Shown: piece after piece, positions 63,695 to 64,000 of the stretch
Layout: each line of letters opens with the position of its first letter
How positions within the stretch are numbered: the first letter of the stretch is position 1
NCBI RefSeq assembly: GCF_018350175.1
Contig: NC_058368.1
Span: 13,516,001-13,580,000 of the forward strand
Length of the DNA stretch: 64,000 nucleotides
Direction of reading: 5' to 3'
DNA from: Felis catus
Lineage: Eukaryota
Notes under the pieces: generated by a model
The model's input: the letters and a program-made list of their open reading frames with translations, nothing else
What the model was told of the DNA's origin: nothing
Databases searched by the model: none
Program-made: the position numbers and the translations under genes

Positions 63695-64000
63695 ATTTAG
63701 ATCATTCTAATTATTTTATCAACATCCCAGCAGGTGTAAGTTTTCAAAATTAATTATAAAAACCCAAAAGGATTATTTTCTTGTCTACACTATCCATTAT
63801 CTAATTAATTTAAATTCAATGAAATTATATCAAATACTTCATTCACAACATCTCTCCTTACATAGCCAACATCATCCCCCACACCAAAAGGCAGACTCTG
63901 GGGAATGAGAAGGCCTTCCATTATGAGATTTTCATCTTTCTACATTCATTAATAACCATCTTCCAAATATTTGCAGTTCTCCAAATATGTCATGTTTTTA

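Noticed and set aside
1-64000. CRISPR array, operon, NUMT, processed pseudogene, endogenous viral coding sequence or CpG-island promoter
   Set aside because: None recognised. The repeats are dispersed eukaryotic TEs, the LTRs are solo with no gag/pol/env remnants seen, and no mitochondrial-like or mRNA-like segment with poly-A and TSD was found by eye. A translated search could still reveal a heavily decayed fragment.

Overview
Mammalian nuclear DNA from a felid (cat family). The assignment rests on 19 tRNA-derived Can-SINEs of the feliform SINEC_Fc type and a felid-type LINE-1 3' end. The window is AT-rich, has no CpG island and contains no protein-coding gene that I recognise, so it reads as intronic or intergenic. 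The supplied ORFs are short and mostly fall in repeats or run through two N-gaps (5186-5326, 6877-7031). Repeat content: SINEs of various ages (many with clear target-site duplications), ERV1 solo LTRs, MaLR/ERVL LTRs, three Tigger-family non-autonomous DNA transposons, old L1/L2/MIR fragments and microsatellites. I cannot support a new multi-gene system here. The best leads are: a nested imperfect hairpin in unique sequence (52217-52378); a motif-dense, enhancer-like block (35940-36220); two phase-compatible minus-strand candidate exons; an ERV1 solo LTR with YY1 and octamer motifs; a near-pristine, possibly polymorphic SINE; and several small templated-insertion scars. Repeat family names come from my recall of consensus sequences, not from a database search.
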